Shown here in pieces: positions 13,301 to 35,179 of a stretch of 64,000 nt of DNA (the stretch's first letter is position 1; every line of letters begins with the position of its first letter). The notes below the pieces were generated by a model. That model was not told the DNA's origin. It saw only the letters and a program-made list of their open reading frames with translations, and ran no database searches. The stretch comes from Balanoglossus misakiensis (Eukaryota; Animalia; Hemichordata), in the NCBI GenBank assembly GCA_040954595.2, contig CM082578.2, positions 5,438,831 to 5,502,830 on the forward strand. The letters run 5' to 3'. The position numbers and the translations under genes are program-made.

Positions 13301-13682
13301 TGAGTACATTTTGAACATACACAGCTCTAGAATCGCTGCGGAATGGTGCATGACTGTCGGTTTTATGATCTTAAAGACCTTGACAAGCAACGTGATCAAA
13401 ACCGGAAGTGAAAAGCCGGTAGTTCACTGGCCAGACCGTACCACTGGTTCCAATTGCTGTCAATACTTATACAGACGTCAGGCGAGACCTATTATTTATG
13501 ATGATAAGAAGCGTGTAATACAGCTTTAGATAAAACATTGGAAAGTGAAAAAGTTCGTCTGTATTTTCCTTACCTTCACAATCACCCTCCTTCAATTTGG
13601 CTTCCGTTTTCGAAATGTTTAGGAGACAGACGAAAAATACTAACACAAGTGATATTGCAAGGTTCCGTATGTTGAGATTCAT
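10338..13682 (-). CDS. MANF: Mesencephalic astrocyte-derived neurotrophic factor (MANF/ARMET, CDNF family), 180 aa
   Basis: Exons 13574-13682, 12367-12491, 11091-11232, 10338-10504. Signal peptide, then [63 protein letters not shown] (CxxC) and KDEL-like C-terminal RSEL. Confidence 0.96.
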
Positions 13683-13879
13683 TTTTTTGCTGATTAAAAT
13701 AATCTTAACTCTGAAAGTAAATAAAATTTATACTGCGAACTCGGGGGTAAATTAGGCTAGCTGTACGGTGACATTGGCGATGATAGCTTTTGCAGTACAG
13801 AACACGTCTAGGCAGTATGTCAACGTGTACGTAATCAATGAAGTTTTCACAAACCCTGTTGTACAGCTGGCCTAAACTG

Positions 13880-13940
13880 ATTGGACAAGCCTACTGTCAC
13901 GTGACAAGGACATCAACTAAATAGTTTCCTGAAGATGGCG
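13880..13940. promoter_or_regulatory. MANF upstream promoter motifs
   Basis: ATTGG (CCAAT on the sense strand) 13880-13884; perfect palindrome TGTCACGTGACA 13895-13906; YY1-like AAGATGGCG ~13932-13940; about 200-260 bp upstream of the ATG. Confidence 0.5.
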
Positions 13941-15792
13941 CTGTTCCATGTTGATACGCATCACTATTTTATAGGCAAACTTGTGGGCTTGGCCGGCCGG
14001 ATACACACACACGGTACAATGTACTTTATTTATACGATGAGAAAACTTCGTGTTATTTCTTGTTACTAGTATTTCGTTTTAATTGGACGTATGTTATGCA
14101 CAGCTGACCTTTTGCTTCCCAAGAAACAGGTCCATTCACAGACAAATTATCTGCAGCCTTTTAGAAATGGTCACTGTCAAGTCATCAACTATTTTGAATT
14201 AAATAATGTGTTTTTCTGTATCTTGGCGCAAAAGGTCCCACTAAAACCAACTTGAATGTCATAAAACTAATGACAATAGGCTACGTTATGAAAAACAAAT
14301 GACAATACGCAATACGTTTTAGCCATAGATTTCGAATGACAATCTGCATTGGCCAAAAAATAAGAGGCAAAATAAAAGGAAGGTGGAGTGACCGTGCCGA
14401 GGCTTAGGATAAGGCTAGCCAATCGTCAGTTGGGGTTGTATTAGCTCAAAAAAACGACTGACAGCCGTAAATTTGTAAACAAAGTCAATAACATTTCCTA
14501 ATTTTGATCGTGGTTATATTATACTGTGAAGATAAATGTTTTGAGAGTCCGACACTCCGGACATAAACACTCCGCTTAGGGTATCGCTTACAGTAGACTC
14601 AAAGAGAAACTATACTGTAGTCATCTCATTCGAAGGTCGGTGTACTGTACGGTAACATTTTTTGTCCCCAGAGAAAAATATGAACAATGCCCTGATCAAC
14701 TGATATCTTATAAACGCACAGCTACCACAGTCAAACCACATCCTGATTGTGTGACGAAGGGCCATAGCTGCACTGAATGCATTTGTTTGTAGAATAACAA
14801 ATTGTGTTTTAGGGGAGGGAAGACAACCTTTACCCAGAATTTTTTTCACTCTTCGGATGATTTCATTGTATACTGATGGTAGGTATTTGGCAAATATTCA
14901 GGCATACGTTTACAACAATTAAATTGACAACGACAGGCAGAAATTGTGAAGGTATTAAAATTGAAATTAGACACCGTCAAACTAAATTGCTTAACAACGA
15001 GACCAAACATCTCTTGCCAACGGGTTGTCTTCATATTGGATGCTATGAAAATATATTTGCGAACAAACAGGCATAAGATTACACTGTAGTTCATATATAC
15101 CGACCGGTCTTCTGTTTATTTCTAGGTACATCTAACCTAGCAACCGACGACACGGGTACATCTTATTGTGGTCATCACTAACATCATCACGCAATATAAA
15201 ATTAATAAATATTTGATTATAGGTGTAACTCCGTACAAGCAGAATATTCTGTTGATGACATGCCATTGCGTTGCATGTTCTTAAGTTTTATTATTAGTAA
15301 TTCGACTCCACAATGATATCGGTGACAACGACTTTACACACTGCTAAATCTCCGATTAAGATGTTTGAATTCGAATATAGATACACATGTACGTAAGAAT
15401 ATGCCTTCTATAGCGATACCATCATCAATATTTTGCAAGTTTACCCTTATGTTATACAGAGATATCCCCTTTCCATATAAAATTGTCTGATGCAGTAAAT
15501 GTTAAAATTTAGGAAAATTACAAGAAAAAAATGTCGCCCATTTTGGGGTTATAGAAAATGTGTCATGAAAATGTGTGAAGATAATCCCGGAGTTACGCAC
15601 ACATGTCATTTATGATGTCAACTTTAAAGTTTAGGTGACGATGTACATGATGCAAACATGGTCCATGAAATTCAATATTTGATCGCTAGGATGTGTATCC
15701 TTATAAACGCGTTCTTTCGACCATTTTGATCATTTTGCAGTTGACTTACTATTTGCGTGCAGATCGAACCACTGTTAAGTACAAATTGTAAA

Positions 15793-18700
15793 ATGGCGAC
15801 TCGTAGACGACAGAAATGTGTAATTGCATTCATTCTCATTTGCGTGTGTGTTTTATCCGTGACAGCACAGGGTAAGTGGTGATTTCATTATATCTAAAAA
15901 GGAGAGTATTATTTATAAAGTGGACACAGTTTTTTTTATATATGTACTCTTGTTATTCTTTCGACTGGAGGAAACGTTGTGGAGACTGGAGAGTTCAATT
16001 GGCGTGACGACCCGGCTGTCGAATTCATGAATTCAAATTTACTTGTTTATATATTTGAGTGATTTGAATTGTTGTTTTTGCTGATTTTAAGAAGCGACAT
16101 GTTTAGTAACTTACATTTCTGAGCAGAAATGGATGACTATCTTATTAAGCCACTTAAATACTGATGTGAGATCGGCATTTTAATGTCATAGATTTGCAAC
16201 AATTGACGGACATGGATCAAGTGAAGGATGCCCTCATACAAGGCTACCCACTATCATTCTTCGCTGATTACACAAAATGTGCCAGGACACCTGTTGTCAC
16301 GATTCCAGGGGTGGATATAGAGGTAGGACAACTTCCAAAATTACACTTTTTTTCTTTTCATAACAGTTCGTATAGCTTTTAATACTATTACATCATTTCA
16401 TGAGAATAGTTATACGGCATTGTTATCTCCTCAATTTACACGCGACACTCTTTTTTCAGTGTAGATTTTGGTTCTCCTTTGTTTAGCACTGTCAAAGTAT
16501 ATCAAAACCTGTTTGGGTCGGTGGCCTTTATGTCAAGTAAGATAATATGAAAATACATTTCCAACTATGAATCTGCTATTTGTCACCATATCTTTGTGTG
16601 CTAAAACATTATGCATAGCCACCACTGAAACGTTCTGATTCGATCACCGAATTTGCAGCAAACAATTACAACTCAGGTAAAAGCAAAACTTCATGAAAAT
16701 GACAAAAGAAGAAGCGAGGTTTCTGGCCAGGTCCCACGACTTTATCAAAGTGCACGCTCATCATTCAAGAAGCCAATTTGTGATATTTATCTCCTGTGGG
16801 CTGGACTCAATCACATGGTCTATGGCTCAATCGAGTCCGATCCGCACGGCTTATCTACAATATGTCGCCCATAGTCTCTCGAATAACCATGATATTAGGT
16901 TTGAGAGAAATGGGGGTGTAGCGGCCTCTTCTTGGGACTGAAGAGAGGCGGCGGAGCAGAAGAAGAAGACTACGACCAATTAATCTTTACATGCTAAACC
17001 ACAACTACGTTCATCACTAACCTGACGAATCACTCACATATAGGCACATACCTGGCTATGCCACGCCACGCCGTTGCGTAGCGACCGCAACCAAGCATAG
17101 CAACCACTATAGTATACCACCATGCTTGTCACCAGCACATGCAAACAAACGTACTATAAACTCGAAATTTTGATTGGTTCACACTATTTAAGAAAATGGG
17201 TGAGGCTTAAAGAAACTTATAACTCTGCAGTCGACAAATACAATAAACTGTCTTGTAAAACACTGTCATCTGCTAAGTGGGAGCGGGGGTGCACGGGGTG
17301 GGTGGGGGTGGGTAACTGCTGAAGACGCATAATATTTCCTAAATTTCGAAACATACCTTAGGTATGTTTGAACATGTTATTGGAATATTTTTAAATCATA
17401 GTCTTCCGTAATATCACCGATGTTTGATATCATTTTATGATTTTCAAAACGAGTGCAATTTGTATTTCTGTTAAATTATTTTTTGAAGTCTAAACGACGC
17501 CTATAATTTATATACATCTGTATGTCTCTCTGTGTCTGTCTCTCTGTGTCTGTCTCTGTCTCTCTCTCTCTCTCTCTCCCCCAGGAACCATCAGATTATG
17601 GTACAGTGATCGACTCATTTCGTGCACTTCGCGATGTAACTGGAGCACCCGTACAACTTACTTTCACTGCGACAGAGGTCATTCAGTTCCCGGGAATAGG
17701 AGGTGAGGCGCTATGTTCGTCCGTCTATCCGTCCGATTTTTGAGGAGCACAAAATGCTTTCGTCGCTCAATCCAAATTCAATCTACCTTTCCGGATAAGC
17801 GAAAGTCATAGGGCGTACAAGGACGCAAGTGGTTCATGTACTGAATCAACTATTTCACTGTTTCCTCTGTTTCAGAACACATTGTCGTGCACACTAGTAT
17901 TCAGGCCTTCCCCGACGGAAGAGTCACGAGTACAACCCACTACATTGAACGCAACGGCCTCGTTGAGGTTGGTAACTCCATCAACGACTGTCTACTGAAC
18001 GATGGTTCCAACGGTGAGGGCGTCTTCATTTATAAAACCATGTTGCTGGAGCCCGTCGCACTGACCAACTTTGAAGACATGCAGTCGGCCTTCGTTGATG
18101 GCTATGCTCTCCGGTATCTGGCTGTTTTCAGCAAATGTGGTGAATTCAACACCGGGACAGATACGCTCGGTGGAGGTCTCATACCGCAATACTATTTGAA
18201 AAGGGGTATGTACATGTATCAGGAAAACAATATGTCCGGACTTCGTACGTCAACTATGACCATGGAATTGTTTTATTCCCACCCATAAGATTTAAGGCGA
18301 AACTTTATAGAACCCCCATATAAATTACGTCATTTTATGCAACACAAATGCATCACTATTACTCAATAAAAATAAAATTAAACTGCCTCACACAAAATTC
18401 GTCTTAATATGAGTCATATGATTTTTATTTTTATTGAATTTTAGTTTTTTATCCATTGCAAAAACTGTTATGTACGAATGGACTCGGTGCGTGGTTAACC
18501 ATAAACGGCCCTGATGATCCTACAGTAAATATTTAAAATATCTTCAAAAGAGAAACTGACGAATGTGTTTTGACATAGATCTCATACCTTATGTTTTTCT
18601 GATCGTTTTTTTTTCAGACGAGAAGATCGTCGCTTCGATGGTTAAATTCTACAATAGTCCGTTCGCTACAAATCAATACGTCATGGACACCTTCAAGGTC

Positions 18701-18859
18701 GACATTTGGAAAAATATGACTATGCAAGTCGCTATGTCTGCAATCAACGTCGACGATTTTTCTCTGCGGTACACAGATGAATTCTTCGATTGTCCCCTCA
18801 ATGACCCACCAGAAAGTCCCCCAGCTATTGTGTATCGTATGACACCACGTACTTTGTGA
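15793..18859 (+). CDS. Secreted protein with two tandem VirK-like domains, 299 aa
   Basis: Exons 15793-15871 (signal peptide MATRRRQKCVIAFILICVCVLSVTAQ), 16192-16322, 17585-17702, 17876-18205, 18618-18859; all GT-AG and phase-consistent, 900 nt. Internal duplication LTDMDQVKDALIQGYPLSFFADYTKC...DCLLND vs LTNFEDMQSAFVDGYALRYLAVFSKC...DCPLND. Gene model is firm; the VirK assignment is pattern recognition. Confidence 0.8.
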
Positions 18860-19279
18860 TATATATATACTAGAAATTGTTTTTCTATGTGTGGTACAGT
18901 TGAAGTAAAATCGAAAAATCGTCCTGAAATGTTTTTTTTTTTGAAAAATACAATTAAAACATTTTAATCCAATCTTAATGCACGTGTTCGTGTGTCATCT
19001 GATGTAATCCGCGTCACCATACATGTACACCACGGCACTTTACATCCCCGGAATTTGCATACCAGTACGTTGTCCATAAGAGCCATCGGTGATGGAGCCA
19101 ACACGTTGGTATAAAACCTTTTGTTTATTGCCTATAAATACAGTCATATTTAATAAAGGATAAAAGTTTCTGTTAAAATATATTAAAACATACGATAAGG
19201 TTTGTTGAATGCTAAGTTGGAGAGTAAAGTAACGATGACACACTTCTGTTCCGAGGAGCAGTATGCTCAGAAGATCTTA

Positions 19280-19580
19280 GGCCAAATAAAAAAATATGTG
19301 CTGTTCCGATTACCCGACCCATCCTAATTTTAGCCCGCCGCCCCTTTAACATTTTAGAGCTACGTAAACCGGAAGTAAGAATAACGATGTCAAATATACA
19401 CATTTAAATTGACGAAAATTGCGAGAATCACGCAAGAACTATGACGTCATTCTTCTACACTACGGCGGCCAAAGATATATAAAAAAATATTGCAAAATAA
19501 AAAAAAAAGTCCCTACCTACCTACCCTATTTTTGGAAACCATGTAATCGGAACAGCACATCTTTTTTGGAGGGGGGGGGC
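19280..19580. mobile_element. PIF/Harbinger-like MITE
   Basis: TTA flanks at 19277-19279 and 19581-19583; subterminal 18-bp perfect inverted repeat ATGTGCTGTTCCGATTAC (19296-19313) / GTAATCGGAACAGCACAT (19543-19560). Confidence 0.65.
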
Positions 19581-20227
19581 TTAGTCTAAGAAGATCTAAA
19601 TTATCGAGTGTTAATCCTTTCTGTGTCTCGCTTGCCAGACCTCGGATCTGCTAATTCATTAAGTTGGTCTGAGGACTGCCGGGAGAAACAGCAACAACGT
19701 ACTCACACATGTAAAAGAATACTAGATTCTTGGCAGTACCGTCAGCTTGGTGAATGTATACCGAGGAGCGGGAGGCTTAATGTTAAGAGGTTGATACAAT
19801 ATGGTAATTCTATAATTAGGGATCCATCAGTAAATCTTGAGAGGGGTGGTCAAAATGTGGAGTCGCATTTATCAATGTTTGATTTCTTTCGAAATAGGCA
19901 CGGCATGAATAAAATATTGTATTTCTTCGTTAAAGCCCCCACAGGCCACAAGTTTGCATTATTTTTCTGGTTTCATTTTCAAACTTAGACTGTTACTTTT
20001 AAATAAGCCTGCAAACATGTCTGATTATATGTAGATTTATTCTTTCCAGTCGTGTAATTTATTTTGCAAAAATATAGTTTTCAAAATATGGTTATCAATT
20101 ATTTTTCTTGGGCCGCATTTTGACACCCCACGATCTATTGCTCGATCCCTTATAGTCGACAAAAGGCCGAAATTTCAGCGAAATCAACATGTATTACAAA
20201 TAAATCATGCAAACAAGATTTTGCAGT

Positions 20228-29093
<8,866 letters not shown>

Positions 29094-30065
29094 TGATGAA
29101 CTTTTTTGGTGAACTGAAGAAAGTTCCAAGTTCTAACGCAGACGTTTCACAGCACGTAGTTTACAACTTACAAAGGGTCGTGCGGGATGTCAAGCGTACT
29201 CTGTCAGGCCAACTTTTACCCCGTCATATACTGGAAATCTGATAACACGGTACTCCTACTTTTTAAACATTCCCCCATGAGGCCTAGGTGGCGCTAGGCT
29301 GCTGCTTCGTAGAGAGACAGAGTGATAGAGAGAAGGGGGGGGGGTAGAAAGAGAATCCTGAGTTTTTACATTACATTGTATAAGTAGGATTGCTCAAATA
29401 TAAAAAAGTAGTACATTATAACGCTGTATGTAAACATTGCATACGCAATTAATATTCTGATATTCGGCATTTTTAAAAGAATACATAAGAAAAGAATATA
29501 AGTATAAATATACATACAAATACCATTGAAAAGAAGGACAAAATTCTACTTATTTTATCGACTATGATGGAGGTAGGCTAAAGAGAGAATAGAAATAACT
29601 CGCTCTAAGTCTTACATTTTATGATCAGTTCATTGTCACTGTTGATTTCACAAATGGTATTGTTGATGCACCAGATGTCTCTCAAGACTCAACGTTTGCA
29701 GTTTATCAATAATTTTGTAGTATTTATAGTCCACGATTATTCTGCATCTTGGTCATTGTTTGAAGATTTTCAGTGGAACCGGATTCTCGCTGAGTCGGCA
29801 GTAGACTGTTGCTACGTCAGAAGTGATCGTGAAGAAATTTCACAGCCCGTCGCACGAGTTTTTCTTACTTCTTATGGATAACCGATTATTATGGTTTCTA
29901 ATCTTCATCCTTGCTCAACAGTGGGTCAAATCTTTTGTTTCCAATAAACAGTTATGTGCTAACACAAAAGATTTCTTGTTTGCCTTCATTGTACTGTCCT
30001 GGGATCGAGGAAAAGGCCTTTAATCGATTTTGCAAAGTTTAGCAAATAACTTCTGTCTTGGTAAC

Positions 30066-30115
30066 TAGTTTGCAGCGCTTATAGTACACTACTATACTAT
30101 AAGCGCTGTCAACTA
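30066..30115. repeat. 50-bp TAG...CTA hairpin (possible Academ-like MITE relic)
   Basis: TAGTTTGCAGCGCTTATAGTA / TACTATAAGCGCTGTCAACTA; no clear TSD. Confidence 0.55.
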
Positions 30116-30583
30116 CAGTGGTGCCTGTGGTAACTGATGCGCAAAAAAATAATTTAGGCCTATATGCCAGGCCACATCCTATAAGCAATCGTCGACAGTA
30201 GACTTCCCATGTTTATTGAAAAAGAAATACATCGTAATCATGAAAACAACTGAACCACAAGCATGCAAAGGCAATTTCTTTTCCCCGTGGAAAACTTTCG
30301 TCATCCCTTGTTACTGATATCACAACAGGTCCCTGTAAATATACCGACATCCTCGTACGCGGATTATTTCGCAAGGAAGCAGAGTCGACTAATGTTTGAT
30401 GACACTGTTCCCTCAGTCTTATATTTGGTGATGATTAGTACAATTTTAATACAAAATTCGATTAGATAAAACTAATAAAACAGTCATTTATAATAAAATG
30501 TATAAAACTGGGTTCTGTGATCAGTGCGTGCCCTGTAAACAAGCCGTCATCCGGGCACTTTACATGTCTGTCTAAAAATCAAA

Positions 30584-33500
30584 ATGGCGACCGCCGACGA
30601 CGTGAGCGAAGAACCTGCCGTCTTGCATGAAAGTGCTGTTCCTGTACAAGACCTACAGGGTACCGGGGAAGAATTCCAGCCCTGTGAGCTCTCGAATGAT
30701 AACACATCTTTTGGTCCAGACACTGGTAAACGAAAACGCATTCAGCATGATTACAAGCGACTATCTAGCTCCGGGTACCTGGACGAAGTTTACGCTGACA
30801 GACGACGGCGTTTCTCAAGTACTGCCAGTGAGTCCGAGTTGTCGCCTTCGCCCCCAAAGCTAAAAACCAGGCGAACAGTTCTCAGGGACTCCGAAAAAAC
30901 GGGACCCGTCGAAGAAGGTAAGGCACGGCCGTTTTTGAAGTCTCCCCTACAAACATGGTGTGTTTACTCGTTCATAAGCATTGCACGCACGCTTTGGCTA
31001 GTCGCTGTTGAAATATGGCTTTTGTTATTACTAGTATTGCACGTGTGCCCTTGCACGTAGGCTGGAAATGAAATAATTAGCAATTCAGTGCGTTACAGTA
31101 TTTCTGCTGTTTAAAACAATTCGCGGGTTAAGAAACAGTGTACTTTTTATAATCGATATCTCCGTATTTGCTCATAGATCTCAAATCATACAAGTGCATG
31201 TGTATTTTTTCTGTAAAAGTAGGTCATTTGCATTTGTTTGGTTGAAAAGGGGGAAAGCAAGGATGAAAAGTTTTGAGAAAAAAAATTGGATGTATTTTTC
31301 TGTAGTTCAGGCATGAAATAGGAGAAAGAACAAATTTGCCAGTAATTATCGATAGACACTATCCGATATCGTGAACATGCATAACTTGCAAGTAGGAGAT
31401 CAGAACTAGAATTAGTTCAAAATGCAGTACAGTGTATTGCCAATATGTTCGAATACAGTAATTGTGGTTATGGCATGCTTTAATCTTTACGGCCCTCATG
31501 CTGGTCTTACAGACCGACGTTGTACAGTAAAAGCAGAGGGTGCTAATGCCATATGACCGAGGTCTACAAATACCATATCAGGACCGTACATGTAAAGGTT
31601 TTATCATAAAATGTATACAGTGTACATGTCAGTCCTCATGGTTACCATAAATATCAGTAAAATGATTTTTGTCATTTTATACAAAAATTAAGTGTGACAT
31701 CATGAATTGCCATCAAAATAAAGTGGCCTATTGAACTTGAATCACATGGTGAATGCGCATCAATTAATTTATTTCATTTTGGATGAAAGTTGTGTTAATA
31801 TGTGTGTGCATGGTGTTGTTGTTGTTGTTTTTAGGTGAAGCTGATACATGCATGCTGGAAAATGAAGGTGTTTGGAATAACAATGGTTTACATGTGCCCA
31901 AGCTGGTCATAAAAAAATCCAGGATACCAAAAGAGAAAGTCAAAAAGCCCAAGGTTAAGAAGAAGGATGTGCACACTGATCACAAAGAGACTCAGACCAT
32001 AAACAGTGCAGCTGTCACAATTGTTGAGGCCAAGCGGAACAGTCAAATGAACAGTGGCATCAGTACAAGCGACCGTGCCATAAAGTTGAGAGACTTGAGA
32101 TCTGAGGCGAAGTACGGCCAATATATGCATGTGGAGGAGGACCCCAACGGAGGTGCGTTGGTGTTGCACGCGTACTCGGACGAAATCGCGCATTTACAGG
32201 GAACGGAGTTGGAGGACTTCGCCGAGCAGTTTGTGAGGTTGTCCTTTGCTGAACTTTCGCCGTGCATTTCCAGGTTCGTGATGAGCATCGTGCACGGGTC
32301 CGCTGCCTACCTGCCAGACTTGGTGGAACACTTTGCGTATCACTACCCGCACACAAAAGTGAAAACCGAGGTGCTCGGCAGGAAATCGGACATCATATCC
32401 ACAGACATGGCAGACTTCCACAAGGAAGTGCACAGGACCTATAACAACGGCACCTACCGCTCGGGGCCGTTGCTGCAAGTCAGTTTAGTTGGCACGGTGA
32501 GCGAAGAAGTTGGCGACTACTTCCCGGAATTCCTTGATAGTCTTGAACAGAATCCGTTTCTTCGGCAGACTGTGCCGTGGAGCCACCTGTCAATTACGAA
32601 TACGCCGAGGAATCGAAGCAATGACGGACCCATTTTGTGGGTGAGACCGGGAGAGCAGGTTATACCAACGGCCGATCTACCAAAGTCCCCATACAAACAG
32701 AAGAGGAGGTAACGATATGCACATCTTCATGTTTTGTCAGGGATACTTGTATTATGTACAGGGAGAATTATTACCAGTGCTCAAATATTGGACTCGTACA
32801 CGAAGCATACACTTTGTAGTCCTGTGGTGCATGGTGTTGGTCCTATTCAGAAGGAGTCCAGTGGTGTACGTGTTGATACATCATGTAACAGTGTTCTCCC
32901 CAGTTATTTCTGACAGAGTGGAGTCTAATTTACATAATAATGCAGATGAGTGTTATATTAATGAGTTCCTTTTGTTTCCAAAAATGACAGACTGTAGTGG
33001 CAGCCACTGTTCTGTTACATGTACATTGTATTGCTCTGGGGTGAACACTGTGTACAATGTACGTGCAAGTCACAGAGTATTGGCATGCCATGTCTTGCTC
33101 ACTTACTCATATGTACATGTAATTAGCCTACAAAGCCAGTGGATGTGGTGGACATTTATTTTACATGTACCAAATGGACATTTTCCACCCATCAGTTATA
33201 CACCTTTTTATGGAACCCACTGAAAAGACTGATAAGAACAGCAATACATGATGTTGACGCTTGACATTGGGACACACAGGACTAGTTTTCTTGCTAATCA
33301 TTTAAGATGTATTTGTAATGCAGATTTTAGGATATTTCAGAAGTACATGTCGCATACATACATTCTGTTCAAGTTTGATGTGCAGGTGAACATGCATGTG
33401 TACCAATTTATTATTTCAGAACTGGTGTGAACGAACTGAAAAATCTGCAATATTTACCGCGGGCGTCGGAACCCCGAGAAATTCTTGCGGAGGACCGAAC

Positions 33501-35179
33501 AAGATGCCATGCGGATCACGTTGGTCAGGGTTTTGACCGATGCACCACAGCCGCTGTTGGTGTCTTGAAAGCAGTGCATTGCGGTCAAGAGTGAGTAGCC
33601 GTCCATACATGGACTTTGGGTCACGAAATTATCATCATTTGGATTTCAGATGTATGCAGAAATTGTTCGCTCCCTAAACGGCCATTTCGCAGATCCCAGC
33701 TACATGTATTAATCCATCTGAACCCCAAGATCTTGATATGGTGAAATCTCATATCCATAGACAGACAGACACTAAGTAAAGACCAGTACATTGTAGATTG
33801 ATTTTGTAAAAATTTGTCAGATGTATACTACTTTGATGAAGATGTGTGCTTTGGTGTTGATGACTGATTATACACACTTCTATTTTAAATGGTCTAAAGT
33901 TGGAAAGCATGTTGTTCGATGTATACAGGTTGACCGATATGTTGATAATTTAAGTATGTTTAATACAAGAACAGGAAAACTTGGTAGCTTCTTCTATCAT
34001 GAAAAATATGACATTGCCACAATATGGTTCATGTACAGAATGCATCGTGTTGTTGAGCCTTTCACCCAATTTCCTTGTATATGAGTCCAATCGTAACATT
34101 GAAACAGTTTTTAGAGGGTGAAGCCATCCACAAATATGGAACAAATGATCATTCGAGTTCCCTGCTGTTTTACTAGTTGGAGTCTGCTCTGGTGATTACC
34201 ACACAAGTGATGATTCATCCCATGTTTTTGTGTTCTGTGATGTGTGTATAGAAATCATGAAATCATTTAGCTCCTGTGATTAATACCAATACCGGTATTT
34301 ATGATTATCTGTTTTCTAAATGGGTGATGCAGGTATATGGCTGACAGAGCTGTGAAAGATGTGGTGTGCTTTGACGGTGCCAGTTTTTACAATGTGACAG
34401 AAGAATTGCAACTTGATCTCCATGAGCCACCTGTATCACAGGTAAATTTCTCTATCCACTTACATGTACAATCAGTGGTATTCTGTGCATCTCTGTCTAC
34501 TCTCCCCTGCTTTATTTTAGCAGCTGTTGTGGGATAGAACCGCAGAGAATAAAAGCCAGTGAGTGTTTAATCTCTGTAAAAAATGGCCTAGATTGATGTG
34601 AAATTTTCATTAAAAGTACATGTGTATCTTTGTTCCTTATCTCAACACAACAGAGATGACATTATCAGCTTTTAAAAAAAAAAACATTTTTCTTTTGTTT
34701 CATAGTGTGTGCAGTGGGTGGAGACTGCCAAACTGAACCAGCTGAGACGGGAGGGAGTCAAGTATGCAAGATTCAAGCTCCGAGACAACGACATCTATTT
34801 CATCCCGAGAAGCGTCATACACCAGTTTCAGACCACCTCTGCGTGCACCAGCATCGCCTGGCATATCCGACTGAAACAGTACTATCCGGAATACAAAGAA
34901 GAGGAACTGACGTCGGAAGAAGAAGTGATGACGACAGACAGCGATGCTGCGGTCCCTGCACAAGTGCCGGTTTCCGAGGCGACGACAGCGGTGCAGTCAG
35001 CAGAGTCCTGCAAGGAGGAGAGTTCAGAGGCTAAAGTGAAAGTGGACGAGACTCAGAACCATGTCGTGCCGCCGGCAGACAGGATACCTACTGAGAGCAC
35101 CAACGGCGAATTAAAATTGCACGTCAAAGAGGAAAAAGTTGGAAGTGAAGTCAGCTGTGAAGAGAGTAAGCCTGTCTAA
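30584..35179 (+). CDS. RSBN1: Round spermatid basic protein 1 (RSBN1/RSBN1L; lysine demethylase KDM9) homologue, 653 aa
   Basis: Exons 30584-30917, 31835-32708, 33420-33590, 34333-34441, 34706-35179. Motifs [117 protein letters not shown]. Confidence 0.95.

Noticed and set aside
16653-16941. Overlapping ORFs inside intron 2 of the VirK-like gene
   Set aside because: Exons 2 and 3 join in phase without them and they show no domain-like pattern.
29620-30030. Coding-like minus-strand composition upstream of SLC17
   Set aside because: No long minus-strand ORF in the track, several stops in the frame I translated and no recognisable family; pseudogene status cannot be supported.
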